A stretch of DNA of 32,000 nt from Geotalea daltonii FRC-32 (GTDB lineage: Bacteria; Desulfobacterota; Desulfuromonadia; Geobacterales; Geobacteraceae): assembly GCF_000022265.1 (NCBI RefSeq), contig NC_011979.1, positions 1,650,001 to 1,682,000 on the forward strand, in the 5' to 3' direction. The notes below the pieces were generated by a model that did no database searches, was not told the DNA's origin, and saw nothing but the letters and a program-made list of their open reading frames with translations. The position numbers and the translations under genes are program-made. Numbering within the stretch: position 1 is the stretch's first letter; every line of letters starts with the position of its first letter. Positions 18,701 to 24,934 of this stretch are shown in pieces.

Positions 18701-19596
18701 TCCCAGACAGGCGTTGCCGATGCAGGCGTAAGTTCGGCGGTGTAGAGATCGCCGCCACGGCCATTGGTAAGGTAGCCGGTGACCACAACATTGCCTGTCG
18801 CAGAAAATGCCAGAGCGGTCCCACGGTCGTTAAATGAAGTCAGTCCTCCTTTGGGCCAGACGCCGATGCGAGTGCCGTCCGCCTGCCACATGACCGTTGC
18901 CATGTCCAGATCGGTACCGTTGAATGTTTCACCAGTGAGGGCAATGGTCGCACCATCTGCGGAGACGGCCACGGCGTAGGCGCGGTCCTTACCAGTGCCG
19001 TTATGGGTACGTGTCCACAGCGGGGTATTGTCACCGGTTCTGTTGTTGTCGAAAGCGAGAAGCAGGTAGTCATCATCATTGCCGTTGCTGCTGTACCCTC
19101 CCAGATAAACCCGGTCCATGACCGGATCATATGCCAGTGCCTGGGTAACATCCGCCATGGTGCCGGTCCCGGACCATGTTTTGCTCCAGACCTCGGCAGG
19201 GATGCTTGTGCCGTTATCATGGTACCTGGTCACATGAACGTCATAACCGCCGCCATTCATAACAGTGGCGGCGACAATGGCATCCCCCCATTTATCGATG
19301 ACCACTGCAGTGCCCTGATCACTTCCTCCTGAAAAATCTTTGCTTGCACGCCAGATAATTGAGCCGTCGGCGGCGTACTTGACGGTATAGAGATCGTCAT
19401 TGCCGTCGCTGGCAAGGCTCTGGAATCCGGTGACAACCATTGCCCCGGTGGAAGGAATAACGGCTGATGCCTTCCCTTCCTGTTTACCTTTGCGCTGGTC
19501 CAGAAGAGGGTGACCGGGCAAATCGCTGCCGCCACTGCCGAAAACAGTCGAGGCTAAAGAAAGGAACATGGCTATGGATAAAAAGGTCTTTTTCAT
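12721..19596 (-). CDS. Giant secreted/surface protein: two beta-propeller-like repeat regions, ~11 FN3-like modules, C-terminal ConA/LamG-like domain
   Basis: 2291-aa uninterrupted ORF with GGAGA SD 6 nt upstream of the ATG.
- Signal peptide: MKKTFLSIAMFLSLASTVFG-SGG.
- aa ~55-435 and ~640-1080: repeats of the type D..G.AVAVD..GNVYVTG.......D..T.KY...G...W (SBBP-like).
- aa ~535-630 and ~1085-2035: FN3-like modules with recurring W..V.GATGY.LER....G.W and Y.YRV.A motifs.
- aa ~2037-2270: ends in ...LIDNVEV, typical of ConA-like jelly-roll domains. Confidence 0.85.
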   Translation of the reverse strand: MKKTFLSIAMFLSLASTVFGSGGSDLPGHPLLDQRKGKQEGKASAVIPSTGAMVVTGFQSLASDGNDDLYTVKYAADGSIIWRASKDFSGGSDQGTAVVIDKWGDAIVAATVMNGGGYDVHVTRYHDNGTSIPAEVWSKTWSGTGTMADVTQALAYDPVMDRVYLGGYSSNGNDDDYLLLAFDNNRTGDNTPLWTRTHNGTGKDRAYAVAVSADGATIALTGETFNGTDLDMATVMWQADGTRIGVWPKGGLTSFNDRGTALAFSATGNVVVTGYLTNGRGGDLYTAELTPASATPVWEASHDAGFDDQPVAIAMDSSGDVYVAATIGTLPAFSKLHAIKYHKNGTPVPDTVWSTTFDAGSANAAGATALTVDSSSGIFIAGWRDYAGIKKIVTMKLSRKNGRILWNKEWSGIIGNSSLPVGIGLAGQGVAAAAWTDRTQPLDGGTQAATGGSKTDLRNSSKSWTPNQWAGYSLYMVSSQNKDVFRRIQGNDATTLFLASAEALPYAVAAGDLYYVYDKDDIDLLILRQEKGLLDPPTGLSTEVLSNASVRLTFQDNSETETSFLVDIKIGVNGAWTNNAYTIAAPDQAGMNAVSYEISDLLADTEYYFRVRAFDNTTYSDYSPEAAALTRIVNFSAPVLTYSYGDPANGDDMATDAACYWGGNLVVTGTVFSDQNGISTPSKDYYTIKLNRTDFALNWKDQRDGGYDEDDEIVALAVDQNRETIVTGTSMQNVTGVGNIPSVWTLKYALSPALDGLGEAEPVWTDQLNSSGRLADQSDVVAVQGVAPYWIAVAGHGNADLTNINLFVRKLSATGTVQFTAEKDLGGNEYPAAVAVDTAGNVIVAGRVEKTGNNSWFTAKFDAVSGSMVWSDTYGNTGDNRALSLTIDANNDVYVTGYITDSASGYTRMTTIKYWGEANGTADRRWTRTYPLDTSATSFASRKIAYDPFANEVVVAGDGYSHTTDRDLTLLRYDTAGTLKKQAELRNPGSDDILTGLSIDPSGYVYLSADSGASPNTNIIAAIYTDSLDYVKSFLYNGAASKDDHAATIAVNKFGEGFVAGYTTSASGDKDFLALKVVNDLAIMPFGVTATPQADYTKVVLAWSNVTSGATPYVMRSIKDSGVWVAPQGTTNGQLAANATTFTDSGLGKNTEYCWRIYASFNSVTTRHTEICSTTTLDAPVISSYADITTTSARTLWSNVAGNTGYRLERKTDTGGAWQTIADLPANTVFYDDSLLTPQTTYYYRLSARNISGFFSLPSPEFMVPTMPEPITRGWIDYYATGASTLTIRSFNAANNVTDYRVERKTGTGGTWSTVGNIVAIGTHPRFDDSGLLPNTTYFYRYFSVYKGIENPTPSPEISVTTWLNPPTLLTATANSTTSINGSWSQVTGNTGYELRAYACYGTVSEITTSPATYCNNSNPSYISLAADVTNGTVSPYGGYRAYNVSVGAKNSGGNSIDSNKILVFMPLAVTLTNVEIPASTQLKPVWTNTTEDYFDVQRRLPPDTNWTTVKSGLAANTLSWTDTTVANGIEYCYRIRAYTAAGGPADAFSAESCNTAQAPPAPPSLTLSTQTATTIRFDWNNTRYPAAANFDIYVQPYQYYAGGLPETYPAYWSSASLLTTVSCATQSCSYTYTPSRGTGIMGSVKMNFYGTVIESQTISPTDKYVQTMPNPPAVSSVMSTDYSATVSYSRIDEAYSYNIYYKKTADSAWSGPLSAPHNWTPSPLTISALVPGTQYQLKVESMGKSTESNNAVVQNFWTLCTAPAITSVSAVTATQATVNWSSSTGATGYKLERSTDNATWTLVSNQNVLSYPDSGLTAGGNYWYRVKAVNGGGDSVPSPAVQVVTVPSPPEDPMPRQLSDTSMEIAFHLTKGAESYKIYRRDGSLAAGQNYIKTAAFPYFEDYCGSVYPTISCAAPKAGTAVVTDSNLQPDTVYCYALAATNANGDSTIGQELCGRTSAMGAPTVTVITQNPFATTVSWTPGSATVTIDGHVVEAIEADGTIKTLALVAMPELTFTDKSGLFPGANRTYRVRPYRRFFDDFSAGLSLTDWAPWGRHRHGDGNEDFTTPPVNATDIDGTVRVSWDTSGKAELYTQVPGGIAVNSYNFAQLGLNRLDFFTGDFDINYDFTIDLPGTIPDTMNAYNVYNRLRIYFPNSAAGTLRNDVGFGYDNSTYGPYFDSIKWVRGVGTTIGSWYTGEKLQASGIKASRRGKTMHYYRKAGNGWSQTTSNEETSTMTPDYVWIVTFNNRTNAAPTELRTLIDNVEVISYGTASTPASIAMPGFDGSKNYCP
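13492..16344 (-). repeat. Tandem array of ~10 FN3-like protein modules (diverged, ~85-110 aa each) inside the 2291-aa gene
   Basis: By eye there are module boundaries at about aa 1085, 1178, 1266, 1365, 1467, 1560, 1670, 1762, 1848 and 1960. Recurrent motifs include NTGYRLERKTDTGGAW, VTDYRVERKTGTGGTW, ATGYKLERSTDNATW, and Y(Y/W)YR(L/V) near module ends. Repetition is at the protein level; I saw no long exact DNA repeats. Confidence 0.6.
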
Positions 19597-19608
19597 GTCA
19601 TTTCTCCA

Positions 19609-22600
19609 TCACTTGCTGTAGCTGCGGGGTGGCACGCTGCTCGGCCATGGCGTTACATTGTTCCACATGTTTTCCTGGGGCCATTGGTCCGGGACTGTCT
19701 GGAATTCATCTATGACGGAGGGGTAAGGAGGCGTAATGGTAATATCTGTCCGCCGTAAATGGCATTGGGTAAAGGCTTCATATTTGTACGGGTCTGCCTT
19801 GTAAGCTGCATCGCTTGGCAGTATTTTGTCCGTGATGGTACCCCCAATGGGAAAACCCCAGTGGCCACCGGTCAAATCTCCCCCGTACGTGGCGCTAAGG
19901 TCTGTGGCCGCAACCTTGCCTCCGGATGAGAGCCGGCCCCGATGCTGGTAGTCCAGGCAGTTTGTAACCATCAGCCGCGGCAGTCCCGATGAGTGGGGCT
20001 GGTGGCACTTGGAGCAGGTAAAAGAATGCTCGGTATTGGCTCCCCAGCCCTTGACGGTTTCGTGGACTCGGTCACGGGATTTCCAGGGGGTGTTCTTGTT
20101 GATGCCGTCGGTAAGTTTTTCCTGCTGATGGCAGCGCGTGCACAATCCGGCAAACTGCCTGTCATTTTCGGCAACACGGCTGGTATTGAAGGTATTACGA
20201 TCACTGTTCCAGCCAAGCAGCACAGGAACTGTAGGCCTTCTGTTGTCCCAACCTGTGGGCACACTGTAATCCCTGGCAGGGGGGCCACCCCAGCTGTAGG
20301 GAGGAATTGCCCTGCCACCACTGGTACTCAGAGGTGGTGCATCTTCCTTATAGGGGTTGGTCATCCAGGTTCCCTTCAGCAGCGGCACAGCATAGGGCAT
20401 CTGCTCTCCCATTGTCGGCGAAACGCCATGGGGATCGTGGCAGGGTGTACAGAGGCCGTTGATGCGCTCATGGGTCGTATAGTTGAGCAAGCTGGAGGCG
20501 GAAAAGTGGGTGCCGGCAACGGTTGTCTTGCTGCGGTAGGGGAAACGGGTGTAGCGCCCCTTGGTACCGCCGCCGAATTTGGGGCTGTCATCGTAGCCAA
20601 TGATCGGCTGGCTGGCGCTGAAGGTGGACTGATACCCCCAGGGCCTGGTTAAGGAAGCATTCTGGGTTTCATGACAGTCGAAGCATTGACCGGCCCCGGC
20701 TTCATAGGCATTCTTGCCCGTTGCATTCTTCTGCGCCATGTACGTCGTGGCATATCCTCCCTTGCCGTTCTGTGTTTCCTTGAGATTTCCCCCGTTACGG
20801 GTGTTGTTGAAGGTCACGTAGCTGGTGGTGGTTCCGTTGACCTTTGAGCCGTGAGAGTTGTGGCAGTCATAACACTGAACATTAATTGAACTTGCTCTGG
20901 TATTGGGGGGCGCGGCGTCATAGCCGTTTGCCGCATCCCATCCTCCCTGGTTGGCGGTTGCATTGCCGTGGGCTGAGAATGCCTTGACGACGGTATCCTT
21001 GCGGTTGGCGTTGGGCCAGCTGCCGGAATTGACCTTGCCCCAGGTGGTGGTTCCCTTCTGCTGATAGCGTGAGGCGATGGATTGTCCATCCCATGCATAC
21101 TGGCGCGGAGTCTTGCAGTCATTGAAAGGGGTAGCGGAATTATTCTGATCGGAATGGCAGGAGATGCAGTGGTTGTTGAGTTTACCTACCTCCTCTCGCT
21201 CATTGACCGTGGCAATGCGGTTGGCGGTGAACTGGATGGCGGAAGTTGCGCTGTAGAAGGTGGGACGCCGCTCCTTCTGCCAGACGACCAGGTCGACCTT
21301 TGCATCTTTCACTCCGGAGTAGGAATTGAAGTTGAAGCCTTCATGGTAGGTGGCATCGATGGTGCCGAACTCGGTTGCCTCCCAGTGACAGGCATAGCAC
21401 TGGCGGCCGGTCAGCGTTACTCCCTGTACATGATGGGAATTGCTGTTGAACTGGCCTATCACATCTCCCCGGTTACCGATGGATCCCGCATGACATTTGA
21501 CGCAGACAACCGGCAAACCGAAGGCCACGTGCTTGGGTACCGGCTTGGCATTGCTGTGACAGGAGTTGCAGGGCTGGGAATCGGCGTGCCCGTCGGCGAA
21601 GCGGTGCATGTGGCAGGTGGTGCAGATCTTGTTGGAATTGTGGCCGTCACTGAAATTGCTCAGATAATGTTTCGAATCGGGTCCGTGGCAGACATTGCAG
21701 AGTCTAGTTGAGTCACCGGCATAATCGAGGCCCCTCGTCTTTTGGGTAAAGGATACTGCGGCCCTGGTAATCGGGCGTCCATACTTGCCATCGGTGGTGG
21801 TGGCTACCTGGCTTTGGATCATGTAGATATTGCTGTCGCCGTGGGGATCATGGCAGTCCCAGCAGAATTTGCCTCCTTTCCAGACGCCGTTTGTCTGGTA
21901 GGAATTCCAGTGCTTTTTGCCGAAGTGTGCGGCCGAGGCCCGTGCCTGCTTCGGTTTGATGAACCCTGTTCCCGGATTGTAGCCCAGGGAGTATTTGCCG
22001 GGGTTGCTTGGCGGGGGCGCGTGGCAGAATGTACACTGTCCGCCCGAATCGTCGTCATGGCACTGCAGGCAGACACCCATCATTACGTACTGATTCTTTA
22101 TGTCCGCTTTCTGGGCGGTGGTCCATGTTCCGGCACCAGTGGAATGCCCTTTGTGTCCGCCTGAAGAGAAAAGACCGTCGTCGCTGTCGTGACAGCCGGT
22201 AGCGGTGCAGCCATTCAGCCAGCCATGATCCGGCCAGTCCGTGCGCGTCTCCCCCGTTCTCAGTTTTACCATGATGCCGCTCATGGTTGCCTGGGGGGCA
22301 AGACTCTCAGTCTGGCTCACATGGCACTGGATACATTCATAATCCTTGTGTTCCATATGGCAGTATGCGCATTCCTTGTCGAAGCGCTGCTCGTACTGGG
22401 GGTGCTTTTTCAACCTGAAATAGTTTTCCTCGCCCCCGTGGACGACGGTGTTGTCGTGGCAATACCAGCAGGGGTTACTGGGGAAATTGGCAGCAGGATT
22501 ATTGGACCAGGGATAGCGGCCTGCTGTGGAATAACGGCCATGTCCGGTGGTCACCCACTGGCTCAGGTTAACTTTTGCCATGGTGCCGTTATTGAAGGCG

Positions 22601-24648
22601 GTAAAGGTGTCGACATCGGTATCCATGGTCCCGTGACAGTTCAGGCAGATGATGCTGGAATCTATGGATGCCCCCCACTGCGGGTTGGAAGTACCCGTAT
22701 GGCAACGGGTGTTTGAGCACGTCTTGCTACTTCTGTTGTATGAACCTCCTGCCCTGAACAAGACGTCGCTGATCTTGTTGACGTGATAGGCCGGGTTGAT
22801 ATGGGCGATTTCGCCCATGTTGCCGGCAGGGAGTCCCCCTGCATGGCAGGTCTCGCAATCACCATTGACGACAGTGGCTGTATGGCAGTTACCGCATGTG
22901 AATGATGTTCCGGTATGGCGGGGGTGGGAGTTTGCCCTTACTTCACCAGGCCCTTCATTGCGGAATATGGGCATCGCAGCACGCCATTCCGAACCTGTGG
23001 TCCAGCCGGTATAGACCGCCCAGGTTCTGCCGTCGTGGGTGGTACCGTCATGACAGCCGGAGGCGTTGCAAGTTCCGGTAATGGGGTGGCCATGGCAGGC
23101 ATTGCAGCGTGACCATCCCTTGTTGGGCCAATTAGGCTGCTTAACTTCCTCGTCCAGGGGGTTGGCCGTACCGTCGGAGTGGCAGTAGACGTTGCTGCAG
23201 ATTTTGGAATCCGGATTATAGGAGGGCGCAGGGCGCCCATCTATTGCCCATTGAGAATCGATTACCACCTGCTTCGAGCCATCGGCATGTCTGGTCATGT
23301 CCTTGATACTTCCTGCTGCATTCACTGTCTGGTTATGGCAGTAGCTGCAGGGATACTTGCGGATCCACTGGGGCCCCACATGCTTGGCATGGGCATTGGT
23401 GGAGATATTGACGAAGGGGGTACAGGCGCCGTGTTCGCTGTCCCAGACCCCGCCGATCTCGGCGCAATTGGCTACAGTAGAGTCGGAGGTGAGCCCCTTG
23501 TGGCAGTAAAAGCATTTATACGGTCCCGCTTCGTTCCATGCCGGTGTCCTGAAACCCTGCTGGCCAAGGGCGTTGGAATGACAGTAGGTGTTGGTGCATT
23601 GCTTTGTCGACTCGCCGAAACTGCCACCCTCTTTTAATGCAACATCCTTCTGCCCGTCAACATGCCTGTTCCGGTCACTAATGGCTGCCGAGCCAGTGAC
23701 GGTGGTGCTGTGGCATTTGTCGCACTGGTACTGGTAATCACCGGCATGCTTGTCGTGACGAGGACTCATGGAGGAGGTATCGCTGTTTCCGCCATGGCAG
23801 CCGGTACAAGTGACGCTTCCTCCCCAGGTGGGGGTGGCGGAGACGGTACCCCTGCCGTCAGGACTGCCGTTGGAATGGCAGTAGATGCCGCTGCAGGTGC
23901 CATTTCTATTCTTATTTTGTGAAGGCAGATAATTAGTGTTCGTCATGACACCTGAATATGAGCCGCCACCGTTTGGGTGCGTTGTAAATTGAAGTAGGAT
24001 GGGCCGATGTCCGGCGCTAGTTGCATGGGAAAAGGTGTTGTGGCCGGGATGGCATTTGCTGCAGCTGTGCTCGTCGGTACCGTAGTAGTCGCCATGTTTC
24101 TTCCCGGAACCAGTGGTGGCAGGGTGACTGCCGTTGGCGGGGGGGAGGCCATGGCAGTTGCCGCAGGCAGGCTGATTCTGAGGAAACGGGTTTCCCCACA
24201 GGGGGGTATCGGACTCGAAGTGGCAATTGACGTTGGTGCACTTGCCGAGGACAGGTTCTGCCGTCTGGGGGAACGGTGTTGTCCAGTTGCGGAATGCCGA
24301 GGTGTGGTTCTTGTAAAGCGCCGGTTCTGGCGAAGGGGAATTATTTATGTTCGGGGTGAGGCTGATCAGCCCGTCACGGTGGGAGGACGTATAGTCCTGG
24401 CTGCCGCGGTGGCAGATGCTGCAGCTTGCCGGTCCGGCTGCCAGGGGAAGATGTGCTCTGTGTTTGCCCTGAAAGCCGCCGGTGGTGATATTGCGGTAGG
24501 TGTCGTCAACCGGCCGGTAATCATGCGTACTGCGAGAGCCGTGACAGTCGTAACAGGAAATGGACGCTGCCGCAGTTCCGGATAACAAAGTCAGCAACAT
24601 CAATGTCCATAAGCAGCTTGTCATCCGCCTTATAACGGTGCCGTACAT
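19609..24648 (-). CDS. Giant multihaem c-type cytochrome (29 CXXCH + 7 CX4CH motifs)
   Basis: 1679-aa ORF with AGGAGG SD 4 nt upstream of the ATG and a signal peptide (...LWTLMLLTLLSGTAAA-SIS).
- CXXCH motifs counted by hand start at aa 32, 76, 162, 196, 281, 309, 379, 434, 515, 585, 598, 668, 727, 760, 772, 860, 872, 929, 984, 1009, 1027, 1049, 1084, 1161, 1259, 1322, 1400, 1503 and 1545.
- CX4CH motifs start at aa 137, 252, 351, 484, 527, 644 and 814. Confidence 0.9.
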   Translation of the reverse strand: MYGTVIRRMTSCLWTLMLLTLLSGTAAASISCYDCHGSRSTHDYRPVDDTYRNITTGGFQGKHRAHLPLAAGPASCSICHRGSQDYTSSHRDGLISLTPNINNSPSPEPALYKNHTSAFRNWTTPFPQTAEPVLGKCTNVNCHFESDTPLWGNPFPQNQPACGNCHGLPPANGSHPATTGSGKKHGDYYGTDEHSCSKCHPGHNTFSHATSAGHRPILLQFTTHPNGGGSYSGVMTNTNYLPSQNKNRNGTCSGIYCHSNGSPDGRGTVSATPTWGGSVTCTGCHGGNSDTSSMSPRHDKHAGDYQYQCDKCHSTTVTGSAAISDRNRHVDGQKDVALKEGGSFGESTKQCTNTYCHSNALGQQGFRTPAWNEAGPYKCFYCHKGLTSDSTVANCAEIGGVWDSEHGACTPFVNISTNAHAKHVGPQWIRKYPCSYCHNQTVNAAGSIKDMTRHADGSKQVVIDSQWAIDGRPAPSYNPDSKICSNVYCHSDGTANPLDEEVKQPNWPNKGWSRCNACHGHPITGTCNASGCHDGTTHDGRTWAVYTGWTTGSEWRAAMPIFRNEGPGEVRANSHPRHTGTSFTCGNCHTATVVNGDCETCHAGGLPAGNMGEIAHINPAYHVNKISDVLFRAGGSYNRSSKTCSNTRCHTGTSNPQWGASIDSSIICLNCHGTMDTDVDTFTAFNNGTMAKVNLSQWVTTGHGRYSTAGRYPWSNNPAANFPSNPCWYCHDNTVVHGGEENYFRLKKHPQYEQRFDKECAYCHMEHKDYECIQCHVSQTESLAPQATMSGIMVKLRTGETRTDWPDHGWLNGCTATGCHDSDDGLFSSGGHKGHSTGAGTWTTAQKADIKNQYVMMGVCLQCHDDDSGGQCTFCHAPPPSNPGKYSLGYNPGTGFIKPKQARASAAHFGKKHWNSYQTNGVWKGGKFCWDCHDPHGDSNIYMIQSQVATTTDGKYGRPITRAAVSFTQKTRGLDYAGDSTRLCNVCHGPDSKHYLSNFSDGHNSNKICTTCHMHRFADGHADSQPCNSCHSNAKPVPKHVAFGLPVVCVKCHAGSIGNRGDVIGQFNSNSHHVQGVTLTGRQCYACHWEATEFGTIDATYHEGFNFNSYSGVKDAKVDLVVWQKERRPTFYSATSAIQFTANRIATVNEREEVGKLNNHCISCHSDQNNSATPFNDCKTPRQYAWDGQSIASRYQQKGTTTWGKVNSGSWPNANRKDTVVKAFSAHGNATANQGGWDAANGYDAAPPNTRASSINVQCYDCHNSHGSKVNGTTTSYVTFNNTRNGGNLKETQNGKGGYATTYMAQKNATGKNAYEAGAGQCFDCHETQNASLTRPWGYQSTFSASQPIIGYDDSPKFGGGTKGRYTRFPYRSKTTVAGTHFSASSLLNYTTHERINGLCTPCHDPHGVSPTMGEQMPYAVPLLKGTWMTNPYKEDAPPLSTSGGRAIPPYSWGGPPARDYSVPTGWDNRRPTVPVLLGWNSDRNTFNTSRVAENDRQFAGLCTRCHQQEKLTDGINKNTPWKSRDRVHETVKGWGANTEHSFTCSKCHQPHSSGLPRLMVTNCLDYQHRGRLSSGGKVAATDLSATYGGDLTGGHWGFPIGGTITDKILPSDAAYKADPYKYEAFTQCHLRRTDITITPPYPSVIDEFQTVPDQWPQENMWNNVTPWPSSVPPRSYSK
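22456..24240 (-). repeat. Five tandem CX4CH...CXXCH...CXXCH protein modules in the N-terminal third of the cytochrome
   Basis: The modules start at aa 137 (CTNVNCH), 252 (CSGIYCH), 351 (CTNTYCH), 484 (CSNVYCH) and 644 (CSNTRCH). Each is followed 19-26 aa later by a CXXCH and then by another CXXCH. The period is ~100-160 aa. From memory this resembles the Geobacter CxxxxCH...CXXCH domain family. Confidence 0.7.
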
Positions 24649-24918
24649 GTTGCCTCCTGCAAGCCTGACAGGCCAAAGCTGTTGCCGTACGGCCAGCTTG
24701 TCCTATAGGCGGCTATTAATGTTATTTCTTTATAATGAGTTCTTAATCTCGCGCGTGAGCTATCGGTATATACTTTTTAAATAGAAAATTCCCGCTGAAA
24801 TACAGGCAAGATCAGCCGGAACAATGGCTTATTGGCGGCCTCGATTGTCACTGGGAGGCGATAAACACCTGAAATAACTAAAAAATACCGTGGCAGAGGC
24901 ATAAGGTGTAAAAAATAA

Positions 24919-24934
24919 TGCAAATATACAACCA
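24919..24934 (-). promoter_or_regulatory. Sigma54-like -24/-12 element candidate upstream of the cytochrome operon
   Basis: The minus strand reads TTGGTTGTATATTTGCATT, with GG-N10-GC spacing and a perfect TTGCA -12 box, but only TGG of the TGGCAC -24 box. It is ~270 nt upstream of the ATG and only ~45 nt after the tsaB stop. This is a weak call. Confidence 0.2.

Noticed and set aside
12721-19596. A diversity-generating retroelement or phase-variable target in the C-terminal lectin-like domain of the giant protein.
   Set aside because: There is no reverse transcriptase gene, no template repeat matching the 3' end of the gene, and no homopolymeric or short tandem DNA repeats in the window.
12888-24585. 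Dozens of 60-250-aa ORFs inside or antisense to the two giant genes, for example 17807-18541, 17572-18240, 21082-21711, 22189-22716 and 24007-24585.
   Set aside because: The 2291-aa and 1679-aa frames are uninterrupted and carry coherent domain and motif periodicity. The nested ORFs are Arg/Pro/Gly-rich with no signal peptides, SDs or motifs.
11852-24648. A porin-cytochrome (Pcc/Mtr-like) conduit.
   Set aside because: None of the three proteins looks like an outer-membrane beta-barrel: there are no alternating amphipathic strands ending in an aromatic C-terminus. There is also no separate small periplasmic cytochrome. The architecture differs from known conduits.
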